In this document: positions 38,567 through 48,143 of the stretch, piece by piece
Layout of the letters: the number at the start of each line of letters is the position of its first letter
Numbering within the stretch: position 1 is the first letter of the stretch
NCBI GenBank assembly: GCA_013286935.1
Contig: JABDES010000001.1
Location: 2,499 to 66,498 of the forward strand
From: Candidatus Babelota bacterium
Lineage (GTDB): Bacteria; Babelota; Babeliae; Babelales; Vermiphilaceae
Reading direction: 5' to 3'
Length of the DNA: 64,000 bases
Notes under the pieces: generated by a model
Databases searched by the model: none
The model's input: the letters and a program-made list of their open reading frames with translations, nothing else
What the model was told of the DNA's origin: nothing
Translations under genes and position numbers: made by a program

Positions 38567-39496
38567 CTATTTGCGATAAAGAAAAATCTTTCCGGATGCA
38601 TCTGTGCTGTAATTGGTATTCTTTTTACAAAAATTAAAGAGTTTAGCAATAAAAATACCTCTTAGGGTAATGGGTATGATCTTACCAATAGCAAGCGGCG
38701 GTAGTTTTTTAGGATTCTTAATAACGCTGCCGGAACTATTGCAATCTTTTTTGAGCAGATTTTTAGATGTTGTCTTGCGCATGGCTGCTTTAAGCTTATT
38801 CCAGGGTATCCAGGCGATTATATGAGCGTCTACAACATGCTCATGATGCGCTATGGCCTTCATAAGATAGTCCCATTTTACTAAGGCAATGGCATCCTTT
38901 TCTAAAAAACAGGATTTGTTTGCATGTTTGTTTTTATGTGTGTCGGTAAGTTCGGCAAATTTTTCTCCATATTTTTTTACAATATCTTCAGAAAATCTTG
39001 TTAGGTAGGCTACGTAATTACATCCACCCCAAAATGTGCCTGCTGCTTCCTGAGCGACGATCTGTTCGGTATTGTTATTATTTTGATGAATGTAATCAGC
39101 AAATTGTTTTTTGTTCATTCCAAAAATAAATTCAGAATTTAATTCCTCATATCCTTCTCGTGCAGCAGTTTGGATTGGAGTTTCACCATAATTAGCTTTA
39201 CCACCAAAATCATCCCATTGGCCCCTGTCTTTGCCTCGAGATTCGCGTGAAAGCATAACGTACTCTTCGCCATTGATTGTTATTACAGGCAACACAGATG
39301 CGGCAGCATGTTTAAAAGAGTTTAGGTTGCAATCTGATTGACGTTGTTTCTCGTATAGGAAATCAGAAATTTGGGTTCGTTTTGAGCATGGATTGTACTG
39401 TTGTGCTTTGATCTGATGTGACCAACTGGCAGATGAATAGCATATGCTGCCTGCTAATACTAAGTGACCGTAAAGAAATAAGTACCACTCGTACAA
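38567..39496 (-). CDS. Nudix-hydrolase-domain protein with hydrophobic N-terminus
   Basis: Nudix box GGKANYGETPIQTAAREGYEELN fits G-x5-E-x7-RE-x2-EE. N-terminus LFLYGHLVLAGSICYSSA is signal-like. The predicted start is TTG and therefore uncertain. Confidence 0.65.
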   Translation of the reverse strand: MYEWYLFLYGHLVLAGSICYSSASWSHQIKAQQYNPCSKRTQISDFLYEKQRQSDCNLNSFKHAAASVLPVITINGEEYVMLSRESRGKDRGQWDDFGGKANYGETPIQTAAREGYEELNSEFIFGMNKKQFADYIHQNNNNTEQIVAQEAAGTFWGGCNYVAYLTRFSEDIVKKYGEKFAELTDTHKNKHANKSCFLEKDAIALVKWDYLMKAIAHHEHVVDAHIIAWIPWNKLKAAMRKTTSKNLLKKDCNSSGSVIKNPKKLPPLAIGKIIPITLRGIFIAKLFNFCKKNTNYSTDASGKIFLYRK

Positions 39497-39827
39497 AAAG
39501 TTTTATGTAATGTTAGTTGTGCCATTATTTCCAAAAAGTGGAAGTTATTTCTTTACAATGGCTAACGGTTTCCATTTAAGATTTCTTAATGTGAGCATTA
39601 CCATTCTTATTTTTTAGCATTTTGGGGACAGAATAGATTGATTTGACCGTGCTGTACCGACTTTACATCTCATTGTATTAATAATAGCTTGTCTTGCGCA
39701 AAACTACAATCATAACAAAATGAAGTTCAGAGTGTAGAAGGCGAAAAATAGCAATGGAGAAAGTTTGATATGAAGCTTACGTAATCTTAATAAGCTGTTT
39801 GATTTTTTGTTGTTACAAGACAGAAAT

Positions 39828-41927
39828 TTAATAAGTAACAAGTTCCTTAACTTCTTTTAGGCGCGAAGACAGCAGATTGTTGATGTTGTTTTTAATTTTA
39901 AACCGTTGATCATTGGTTGTGTAAACGCTTCGTGCCAACTCGACGAACTCTTGATCGAATGTTTTTTTCTGTTCCTTGTAACGAATGTTATCTTCAATCT
40001 CCCACAACGTTTCATTTACCATGCGTAGTGCAATAGTAAGCTCATCAAGCTCTTTTGATGGCGTTACTATCTTTTGATAGGCGGTTTGCAAGGCGCTTCT
40101 TTCGTTTTTGAGATGATGTAATTTAGCATCATCCCTTATTTTAGATAGTTTAATATCCAAAATGGTCATTTTATCAATCAGCTCTCCCAGTGATACTTCT
40201 GCAACTGCAATGGTATTATTTTGTTGGTTTAAGTTTATCAGCGCGCTTAATTCGTTGTGTAAATAGCCGGTAACATCATCCCACACACCATTACGGCATT
40301 GCCTGAATAACGTCATTGAGGGATACCAAGGCGAATCTGTACGATGTTGCATCCACCGCCAATGTGCATTTTTTGGCAATAGTACCCATGTTAGCTTATC
40401 AAGCGCACCAGCGATGTGTGCGATGCTGTTATCAGCGCTCATAACAAGGTCTAGGTTATTTACAAGGCCGGAGATTTCAACTAGAGAATCTGCATTGATC
40501 CCCATGCCATTTAAGGTATTGATTTGTGGCAATGTTAGTTCGAGCTTTGACAGTTGATCAATGTCATGTTCTGAAGGGGTTTGCAATAAGTAAACCGTTA
40601 CATGATCTTTGGGCAGAGCCGAAAGAATGAGTGGGAGTGGTATTGTGTTTTCTGAAAAACCGTTTTCTTGTTTGTAATCGTACCATGAGATGCCTACTTT
40701 CAAGCGCACATCTGTTTTTAGTTTATGTTTCCACATGCGATTTATCGATGGCGGTATAGTAATGTATGGTGTTGAGTTTGGTATGGATTCTAAGGTTGTG
40801 TTGCATACATAAGGTAAGCTTGAAAGTGGAATTTGAATATCTGATTTAGGCAATTCATGGCAAGATTGAACTGCTGGAATGAATTCGTCAATAGATGGAT
40901 TTGTCTCCAGAAGCGTTGCAAGCTGTTCATTGCATTCTACGATTAACGATGAGGCGCCACGATTTTTAAGTAACTGCGCGTACCGTATGAATTGAACCAT
41001 ATCGCAGTCGGTTTCTGCTCCAGCGCGAATCGTTACCGTTTTTCCAACCAAATCATCGTTATTCCAATAGGAAGATGAAATATGTGGTTGATCTGTGTTT
41101 CCGGATAGCCTCCATTCTCTGTGCGCAAATCCTTTTTTGAACTCTCCAAGAGCCAAATAGGCTTCTGCTACGCTGCAATGAGCTGATCTGTGTTCTGGCC
41201 ATTGCTCGAGAGTTGAGTGAAAATGCGGGAGCGCTTCCTTGATTTTTCCAAGATAGGTATAGATATGAGCAATAGAAAGATGAGCTTCTGGGTGATTTGG
41301 ATTAATGCGTAACACCCGTCTGAAAAGATCTAATGCGTTTTGAAAATCCCCAGTACGCGCATTGATGCATCCGGCTTCAAACATGAGTGTCGTATCGCTT
41401 GGCTGGAACTCTATTGCGCGATTATATGCTTTTACAGCTTCTGGCAGTAGGTTAGCAACCGTGTACAACCGAGAAAGATTTGCATGTGCTTGTGCATGAG
41501 TTGGATCTATGGTAAGCGCGCGCTTGAGAGCTGCGATACTTTTGGCTATGTCTCCCTGTTCTTGCCATATTGATGCTAAAAAAAGATGCGGCTGTGCTTT
41601 TGATGGATCTAGCTCTGCTGATTTTTCAAGTGCGGCTGCAGCCGTTTTACTGTCTTTATGCATTAAAAAAATAAGCCCAATATTAAAATATGCTTCAGCG
41701 CAGTCCGGTTTTTTCATAATAACTTGTTGAAAACCGATGAGCGCTTCTTTATATTGTTTGTTTGCCAAAAATTGAAGGCTTTTTTTAAATTCTTCGTCGA
41801 CAGAGACTAGCTCTTGCAGGGTTTGCACAGCAGGCATTGACTGGATAAGATCCGCTTTTATGTAACCTGAAAAAATTAAGCCGGATGCCAAAAGAAGGGG
41901 GATAGTAAAATAGTTTTTTGCTTTCAT
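39828..41927 (-). CDS. TPR-repeat protein with degenerate GT9-like glycosyltransferase domain and extra C-terminal helical domain
   Basis: Signal-like FTIPLLLASGLIFSGYIKA. Multiple TPR units (AEAYFNIGLIF, AQAHANLSRLY, PEAHLSIAHIY). GT region VQFIRYAQLLKNRGA, SIAHIAGAL, HWRWM...SPWYPSMTLFRQ, but the GLGD motif is replaced by AETDCD. A ~130-aa extra C-terminus is present (GELIDKMTILDIKL...LWEIEDNIR...LARSVYTTNDQRFKIKN). Confidence 0.75.
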   Translation of the reverse strand: MKAKNYFTIPLLLASGLIFSGYIKADLIQSMPAVQTLQELVSVDEEFKKSLQFLANKQYKEALIGFQQVIMKKPDCAEAYFNIGLIFLMHKDSKTAAAALEKSAELDPSKAQPHLFLASIWQEQGDIAKSIAALKRALTIDPTHAQAHANLSRLYTVANLLPEAVKAYNRAIEFQPSDTTLMFEAGCINARTGDFQNALDLFRRVLRINPNHPEAHLSIAHIYTYLGKIKEALPHFHSTLEQWPEHRSAHCSVAEAYLALGEFKKGFAHREWRLSGNTDQPHISSSYWNNDDLVGKTVTIRAGAETDCDMVQFIRYAQLLKNRGASSLIVECNEQLATLLETNPSIDEFIPAVQSCHELPKSDIQIPLSSLPYVCNTTLESIPNSTPYITIPPSINRMWKHKLKTDVRLKVGISWYDYKQENGFSENTIPLPLILSALPKDHVTVYLLQTPSEHDIDQLSKLELTLPQINTLNGMGINADSLVEISGLVNNLDLVMSADNSIAHIAGALDKLTWVLLPKNAHWRWMQHRTDSPWYPSMTLFRQCRNGVWDDVTGYLHNELSALINLNQQNNTIAVAEVSLGELIDKMTILDIKLSKIRDDAKLHHLKNERSALQTAYQKIVTPSKELDELTIALRMVNETLWEIEDNIRYKEQKKTFDQEFVELARSVYTTNDQRFKIKNNINNLLSSRLKEVKELVTY

Positions 41928-41987
41928 ATACTCTCTTTTTTAATTAAAGTTGCCAAGCACGTAAAATAAGTTAGAACTCCTCATTAT

Positions 41988-43379
41988 TTATTGTGTAATA
42001 AATGCTTCAGACAGTATGTTTAATTCCCAGCGAACGCGTTGGATAACGCTATGCCAATCAAATGGCATAGGCTGCTTGAACAAAGTCATTGTTGGATACC
42101 ACTCAGAACTTGTTTTTCCACTTACCCATCGCCAGTCAGAACTATAAGGTAACAAAAGCCAAACACGACAACCAAGGCCTCCTGCAAGATGACCTACGGC
42201 GGAGTCTACGCATATGATTAAATCTAAATTATTAATAACAGCGGCGGTGTCTGAAAAGTTTCCATGAATTTGATCGAATGTGTCATCAAAGGTCGTTACG
42301 CGAAAATTGTTTGATATATGTTGGATGTCGTTGGCACCATCTTTTTGTTGCAGGCTGTACAACGATACATTGGGCAAGGTGCTCAAGCTTGCCAACAGCT
42401 CACACGGTATTCCTCTTCGTGCCATTGGCAAACGCGAAGAATCATTATGGATGTCTACTTGCCAGCAAATTCCGACCTTACATTTTTTATCTGATGCAAA
42501 AAATGCTTTCCATTTTTCTTGTAATATTTTGTTTGCAGTAATGTATGGAACATCGCGCTGTAGCGTTTCCTGGGAACAATGTAGTATTGATGGCAAGCTC
42601 ATATACGTTACTCGCGCGTCATGAGGTGGAATGTGAGAACCAGCTTCTATTACACAGTCATAGTAATTACAATTTTTTAATAGCTCATATAACGGTTTTT
42701 GTACGAGCGCAATAATGCGAGCTCCACGTTGTTTTAACTCTTTAGCGCATGGAAAAAAATTGATAGTGTCGCCCAATCCGCCTTCTGGAATCAGTAAAAT
42801 TGTTTTTCCGGCTATAGTATTTTCAGCCAATAGTGCGCGCAGTTCCGGTGCATTTTTTCCTTGTTTGATTAAATTCCATTCATGTGCTTTGAACCCTTCT
42901 TGAAAAGACCCCTTAGTGATCAAAGCAAACGAAAGCCCCAGTCGTGCTGCTTCATACTCCGGGTTTACAAGAATTATTTTTCTGAAAATTTCAATTGCCT
43001 TATCAATATATCCCGCAGTCTTTAGGGCGTATCCTATGTTATACAATGCCGAAGTTGAATATTGTGGAAAATGCTTTATGAGTGAATAGTATGCATGCAG
43101 TGCCTGTGGGACATCGCCGCGACAAAGGTGAATGTGTCCAAGCTTGAAAAGCAACTCTATATTAATAGGGTCAAGAGATTGCGCCTGATTTAAATAGAGT
43201 AAGGCTGTGTCAAAATCCTCAGTTTCGCAGGCTTTTGCGCCCTGCGCCAAAAGCGTTGCTACGGTTGGTTGTTCATTTTGATGACCGCACAGCGCAATGT
43301 GTGCGTTGATGATACATATAAGGCATATGACTTTTGCCCATAATGCTTCTTTTTTTATTACTATTGTTTTTGTAATCAT
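41988..43379 (-). CDS. TPR + GT9-like (heptosyltransferase-fold) glycosyltransferase paralog
   Basis: TPR units followed by EGGLGDTINFFPCAKELKQRGA, VGICWQ, VDSAVGHLAGGLG and DWRWV...EWYPTMTLFKQ. The ATG directly abuts the stop of the upstream paralog. Confidence 0.8.
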   Translation of the reverse strand: MITKTIVIKKEALWAKVICLICIINAHIALCGHQNEQPTVATLLAQGAKACETEDFDTALLYLNQAQSLDPINIELLFKLGHIHLCRGDVPQALHAYYSLIKHFPQYSTSALYNIGYALKTAGYIDKAIEIFRKIILVNPEYEAARLGLSFALITKGSFQEGFKAHEWNLIKQGKNAPELRALLAENTIAGKTILLIPEGGLGDTINFFPCAKELKQRGARIIALVQKPLYELLKNCNYYDCVIEAGSHIPPHDARVTYMSLPSILHCSQETLQRDVPYITANKILQEKWKAFFASDKKCKVGICWQVDIHNDSSRLPMARRGIPCELLASLSTLPNVSLYSLQQKDGANDIQHISNNFRVTTFDDTFDQIHGNFSDTAAVINNLDLIICVDSAVGHLAGGLGCRVWLLLPYSSDWRWVSGKTSSEWYPTMTLFKQPMPFDWHSVIQRVRWELNILSEAFITQ

Positions 43380-45020
43380 TTACTCACCGTTATTTAAAGA
43401 CGAACCTGTTTTTTGTTCGACAAATCGTACGAGTTCCTGTTTGATCGTTTCAAATACCTGATCCCAATTGCCGGCGGTTTCCTGCCTGAAAAGACGCATA
43501 TTTGGATACCACGGTGTTTTTGCGGTATACAACATCCAGCGCCAATCTGCAGGTTCTGGTAAAAATACCCAGGTTTCTATTCCAAGACCCGCTGCAAGGT
43601 GAGCCATAGAGGTGTCGACTGTAATGAAAAGATCCATATTTTTTAGTACTGCAGCGGTATCCATAAAGCGTCCATTCGTGCTGTCAAAGCTATCATCAAA
43701 GATATGGATTTCCGGTGGAAGGGCTGCTGCCTGATCAACACCAGTCTCTTTTTGTAGGGAATATAATTTGATATGCGGTACTTGGCAAAGCTTTGCAAAT
43801 TTCACTGCAGGGATTGACTTTGCAGCCACTACAGAGCGAAGTGCAGCGGTTCGATAATTTGCATTTCCTTGCCAGCAAATACCGATCTTAACTCGCTTTT
43901 CGTGCGATAATTTCTGTTTCCACTCATGTTCAAGTGATGCGGATGCATACAGATAAGGTATGACATTTGGGGTAGTTTCAACGGTAGTTTTTAAGATATA
44001 AGGCAGTGTCATAAGTGGTGCTTGGTAATCATATTTGACTGGCTGCTGATTCATAGCAATTACTTTATCTATGTATGGACACAACGCAATAATGGACAAA
44101 AGTGGATTTTGAACACTTACTACAACGCGAGCTCCTTTGTTTTTGAGTATGCGTGCATAACGGATAAATTGAAATGTGTCACCCAGCCCCTGTTCTGCAT
44201 ATAAATAAACGATTTTTCCGTTTAAATCGGCATCTTTGTCAAGCATTGGTTCGCTCAACGTCCTTTGTGGGGGGTACCCGGGACGTTTCCATCTATATTC
44301 ATATTCTGGCCACCCACGATCCCAGTCCCCTATGGTTAGGTATGCCAAGCCTCTGCTAAAACGAGCTTCAGCGTATTCAGGGTCCTGCTCGAGCGATGCG
44401 TTATAAAAAACCATAGCTTCATCTACTCGATTTATTTTTTTTAAGGTGTATGCAGTGTTGTAAAGGATTGTTTTATTGGTGGGAAATTTATCCAACAATT
44501 TGTAATACCAAAATAAAGATTCGTCATTTTCATTTGCCATATTTAAGGTATTTGCAAGATCGAACATGAGATGAGCATTGTCGGGCCGTATTCGAAGTGC
44601 TTCTTTTGTATACAAAATTGCCTGCGCATGATTTTGTGATTCTCGTAAGGAGTTAGCAGTTGCTATGTACATATCCGCCAGAGAGTCTTGCTCGTTTGGC
44701 ATTGGCTCAACTGTTTGACTGTTAGCGATATTGAATGCGGCATCTTTCGGGTCTAATTTAGCAAGTAATAGGCTGGCAGCAGACGTCAAAGATGGATCTG
44801 ATGGGCGCAAACGAGCAGCCTCTTTAAGGTATATTAAAGCAGTTTTATATTCTTTTTTTGTTTGAAGTTCTTCAGATAGGGTTAAATATGAATCTACCAA
44901 AATCTCTTGTTCGTTTTTTGGTAGTAATTCGCTATCAGTTTGTTCGCATAGTGATATTGATGATGTAATGATATGTAGTATGCAAAGGGCATGGTGTAAA
45001 ATTAACTTTATGGTCTTCAT
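43380..45020 (-). CDS. TPR + GT9-like glycosyltransferase paralog
   Basis: Motifs EQGLGDTFQFIRYARILKNKGA, IGICWQGN, VDTSMAHLAAGLG and DWRWM...PWYPNMRLFRQ. N-terminal hydrophobic segment plus TPR units. Confidence 0.8.
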   Translation of the reverse strand: MKTIKLILHHALCILHIITSSISLCEQTDSELLPKNEQEILVDSYLTLSEELQTKKEYKTALIYLKEAARLRPSDPSLTSAASLLLAKLDPKDAAFNIANSQTVEPMPNEQDSLADMYIATANSLRESQNHAQAILYTKEALRIRPDNAHLMFDLANTLNMANENDESLFWYYKLLDKFPTNKTILYNTAYTLKKINRVDEAMVFYNASLEQDPEYAEARFSRGLAYLTIGDWDRGWPEYEYRWKRPGYPPQRTLSEPMLDKDADLNGKIVYLYAEQGLGDTFQFIRYARILKNKGARVVVSVQNPLLSIIALCPYIDKVIAMNQQPVKYDYQAPLMTLPYILKTTVETTPNVIPYLYASASLEHEWKQKLSHEKRVKIGICWQGNANYRTAALRSVVAAKSIPAVKFAKLCQVPHIKLYSLQKETGVDQAAALPPEIHIFDDSFDSTNGRFMDTAAVLKNMDLFITVDTSMAHLAAGLGIETWVFLPEPADWRWMLYTAKTPWYPNMRLFRQETAGNWDQVFETIKQELVRFVEQKTGSSLNNGE

Positions 45021-45044
45021 AGTTACTGCTCCTAATATTGTAAT

Positions 45045-46865
45045 CTAACGTTGTGTACCAAATCGATGTTGATAGCGCGCTAACTCCTCTTGGACTATAT
45101 GCCTTGTTTTATCCGTAAAAGAAATGGTTGATGTGCTTGTGGATTGATTTTCAGAGGTATCGTCACTGGTTGGGATTGTAGGCCTTGCTTGGGTTACCGG
45201 TTCTGTTGATTGGGCAGGACTAGGGTCATTTTTTGATTTATGCTCACTATTTTTATCTTTACTATCCGCTTTATGGCAGACAATCTGTGCGATGATGTTA
45301 GTGATATTTTTTTCAAGCGCGGCAGGGTCGATAATATTTTTTTTTAATTTTGTTGCATTGTCATTTACAAGTGACTCTACCGTATTTTTAATGCGTTGTA
45401 TTACCGGCCCCCATTCACCGGGGGTTTCTTGCTGAAAAATGCGTATTTTTGGATACCATGGAGAATCTTGTCTGTCTACAATCCACCGCCAATCTGCTGG
45501 TGTTGGTAAAATAAGGAATGCATTTACATCAAGTCCTCCTGCAAGATGAATTATGGAGGTATCAACAGAAACAACTAAATCCAAATTTTTCATTACGGCT
45601 GCTGTATCCATAAAGCGGCCATGCGTTTTATCAAAATCACCAGAAAATTGATGTATTGCTATTGAGGGGTCAAGTTCATTTAACTGGTTTAGGCCATCCA
45701 CTTGTTGCAAGCTATAGACCGATACGTTTGGTATTTTTGCAAGGCTTGCAAAAAGATTAAGAGGAACAGACTTTGCAGCTACTGCCCTGCGCAACGCTTG
45801 GGTTGGGTAGTTGCCATTGCCATGCCAGCAGATACCGATTTTGAAATTTTTATCCGAGGATAATCGTTGCTTCCAATAATCGATTAGTTTTGCATCCGCA
45901 TGCAGATAGGGGATATTATTTGGCACGGTTTCAATGGTGGTTCCAAGGATGAGTGGTAGGCTCATGAGTGGAACTTGATAATCGAATTGTGGTAGCGGTT
46001 GATTGCGCACTACGACCTGATCAATATACTTACACAGTCGTAATATATCTGCGGCGGCCGCTTGGGTTTCAAAAATGACGTGAGCACCTTTTTCTTTCAG
46101 GATTTGCGCATATCTAATAAATTCAAACGTATCTCCTAGCCCTTGCTCTGAATAGATTAATATTTTTTTTCCTGCAATATCTGCGCCGTCCCAGAGTGGC
46201 TGAGAAAATCGTTTTGGTGATTCTCCATATGCCTGCCATCGCCATTCATATTCTGACCAACCTTCTTTAAAGTTACCAATTGTCAAAAGAGTGGCTGCCA
46301 AGTTAAAATGCCCAAGTCCATAGTTAGGTGTTATTTCTAATAATTTTCTAAATACTTTAATTGCATCTTCATAGCGGCCCATTTTTTTTAGAGTAAAGCC
46401 AAAGTTGTGTAGTGCGGATACCATGTCCGGCTTTAGCTCAAGAACACGCATGTATAGCGTTATTGACTCCGGATCGCGATCCAGCATGTTAAGCGTATTG
46501 CCAAGTTCCATTAATGCGGTCAAATGGGTTGGGTGTAGCTGTAAGGCCTGTGCATAATGTTTTAATGCAGCATCAAAAGAATCTTTTTCTCGTAAAATGT
46601 TTCCAGCATTGATATGTATGTCAGCCAACCGAGCGCTATCCATGCCAGATGATACAGCAATTGTTTTTTCATAGTAGGCAAGAGCTTTTTCCTTATCTGA
46701 TTTTTCAGCGTAAAATTTGGCAAGCTCAAGATATTCTTCTGCGCTAGGATTGATCGATGGCGTAGATGATTCAATCTCTGACTGACCATATGCATGCGTT
46801 ATGCAAACAAGAAATAGACAAAGGACATAAGACCGGAGAAATGCCAGAGATTTGTTATGCTTCAT
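45045..46865 (-). CDS. TPR + GT9-like glycosyltransferase paralog with S/T/P-rich C-terminal extension
   Basis: Motifs EQGLGDTFEFIRYAQILKEKGA, IGICWHGN, VDTSIIHLAGGL and DWRWI...PWYPKIRIFQQ. Tail DPSPAQSTEPVTQARPTIPTSDDTSENQSTSTSTIS. Confidence 0.8.
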   Translation of the reverse strand: MKHNKSLAFLRSYVLCLFLVCITHAYGQSEIESSTPSINPSAEEYLELAKFYAEKSDKEKALAYYEKTIAVSSGMDSARLADIHINAGNILREKDSFDAALKHYAQALQLHPTHLTALMELGNTLNMLDRDPESITLYMRVLELKPDMVSALHNFGFTLKKMGRYEDAIKVFRKLLEITPNYGLGHFNLAATLLTIGNFKEGWSEYEWRWQAYGESPKRFSQPLWDGADIAGKKILIYSEQGLGDTFEFIRYAQILKEKGAHVIFETQAAAADILRLCKYIDQVVVRNQPLPQFDYQVPLMSLPLILGTTIETVPNNIPYLHADAKLIDYWKQRLSSDKNFKIGICWHGNGNYPTQALRRAVAAKSVPLNLFASLAKIPNVSVYSLQQVDGLNQLNELDPSIAIHQFSGDFDKTHGRFMDTAAVMKNLDLVVSVDTSIIHLAGGLDVNAFLILPTPADWRWIVDRQDSPWYPKIRIFQQETPGEWGPVIQRIKNTVESLVNDNATKLKKNIIDPAALEKNITNIIAQIVCHKADSKDKNSEHKSKNDPSPAQSTEPVTQARPTIPTSDDTSENQSTSTSTISFTDKTRHIVQEELARYQHRFGTQR

Positions 46866-46929
46866 TAACTTTCCTTAGCGCGTGATAGGTGATTTAGTTC
46901 ATCTTGATAAAATTGTTCATACTACAAAA

Positions 46930-48063
46930 TTATGTTGATGTAAATTCTGTTTTTTTGGAAGAGGTCCATTGTAATAAAAGATCAATTAATGGTTGCAATC
47001 CTGATTTTGAGCGAGCATCAATGACTACATGTGGCTGATAACGTTCAATCATTTTTTCTATAAGTGGCGTTAGTTCAATTTTGTCACATTTATTGAATGC
47101 GTATATGATCGGTTTTTCTGTCAGTGAAAGATCATCGAGCAACTCTTGGACCGTCCTAATATGTTGTTGCCACGAATGGCTTGAAATATCTACGACATGA
47201 ATTAATAAGGAGGCGTAAGATAGTTCTGCCAACGTTGATTTAAATGCGTCTATCAATCGAGTAGGTAACTCTTGAATAAATCCAACAGTATCAGACAATA
47301 GTGCTACTTTTTCAGAACCTATAAACAGCTCGCGCGTTGTTGTATCAAGCGTTGCAAATAGTTTGTCTTGTGCGAGTACATTGCTTTTGGTCAAAGTATT
47401 TAAAATGGTAGATTTGCCTGAATTTGTATAACCGATCAATGAGATGAGCGGTAGTGAGCTTGAAAGACGCTGTTTGCGTTGTGTTTGGCGAGTTGTTTCA
47501 ATTTTTTTAAGTTGACTTTTAAGTTTATTAATGAGCAGCTCTATGTGCCGTCGTTCGCGTTCTTTGAGCGTCTCGCCCGGTCCACCGCGCGCACCTGCAA
47601 CACCTAACTGCTGAGAGAGCGTTACGCCTTTTCCTGCCAACCGTGTTTTTTCGTGAGAAAGGAGGGCAATGGCGACTTGTGTTTTCCCTTCAGCTGAATG
47701 AGCAGCTTTTTCAAAAATCTCCAAAATAAGCCGTGTGCGATCGATGATTGTGCATTCAAGATAGTCTGAAGCATTGCGCTCTTGCTGCGGGGAAAGTGAT
47801 TCAGAGATGATGACACGCTCAATAGCATGTTCTTGGCAGAATTTTTTTACATCTTCTAGCTTGCCAGTAGTTAGTAGGTATGCATTGTCGATTGTGCGTA
47901 GTTTTAAAAATAAGACATGGTCTGCGCAGGATCCGTGTGTTTTTACAAGATTGAGAAATTCGTCAAAATAAGATTGAATATCCTCATGTTTTTTTGTTGC
48001 GATATCAAGACCCAAAATGAGCGTTTTTGGTTCTTGTAGGTTGTTTGTTGCTATCCTGGTCAT
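46930..48063 (-). CDS. hflX: GTPase HflX
   Basis: HflX N-terminal domain followed by a G domain: GYTNSGKSTILN (G1), LSDTVGFI (G3), NKCD (G4). I prefer the ATG at 48063 over the TTG at 48087. Confidence 0.9.
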   Translation of the reverse strand: MTRIATNNLQEPKTLILGLDIATKKHEDIQSYFDEFLNLVKTHGSCADHVLFLKLRTIDNAYLLTTGKLEDVKKFCQEHAIERVIISESLSPQQERNASDYLECTIIDRTRLILEIFEKAAHSAEGKTQVAIALLSHEKTRLAGKGVTLSQQLGVAGARGGPGETLKERERRHIELLINKLKSQLKKIETTRQTQRKQRLSSSLPLISLIGYTNSGKSTILNTLTKSNVLAQDKLFATLDTTTRELFIGSEKVALLSDTVGFIQELPTRLIDAFKSTLAELSYASLLIHVVDISSHSWQQHIRTVQELLDDLSLTEKPIIYAFNKCDKIELTPLIEKMIERYQPHVVIDARSKSGLQPLIDLLLQWTSSKKTEFTST

Positions 48064-48143
48064 ACGTATGCGCTTTCTGGCAGTCAATTCGATTAATTAA
48101 ATGTACACATCTTATAATACAAGATTTCTAAAAAACATATATC

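Noticed and set aside
42278-42903. Several 60-114 aa + strand ORFs inside the TPR-GT genes (similar ones at 44022-44359 and 41509-41730)
   Set aside because: They are antisense to long CDSs with conserved paralogous motifs. No independent support.
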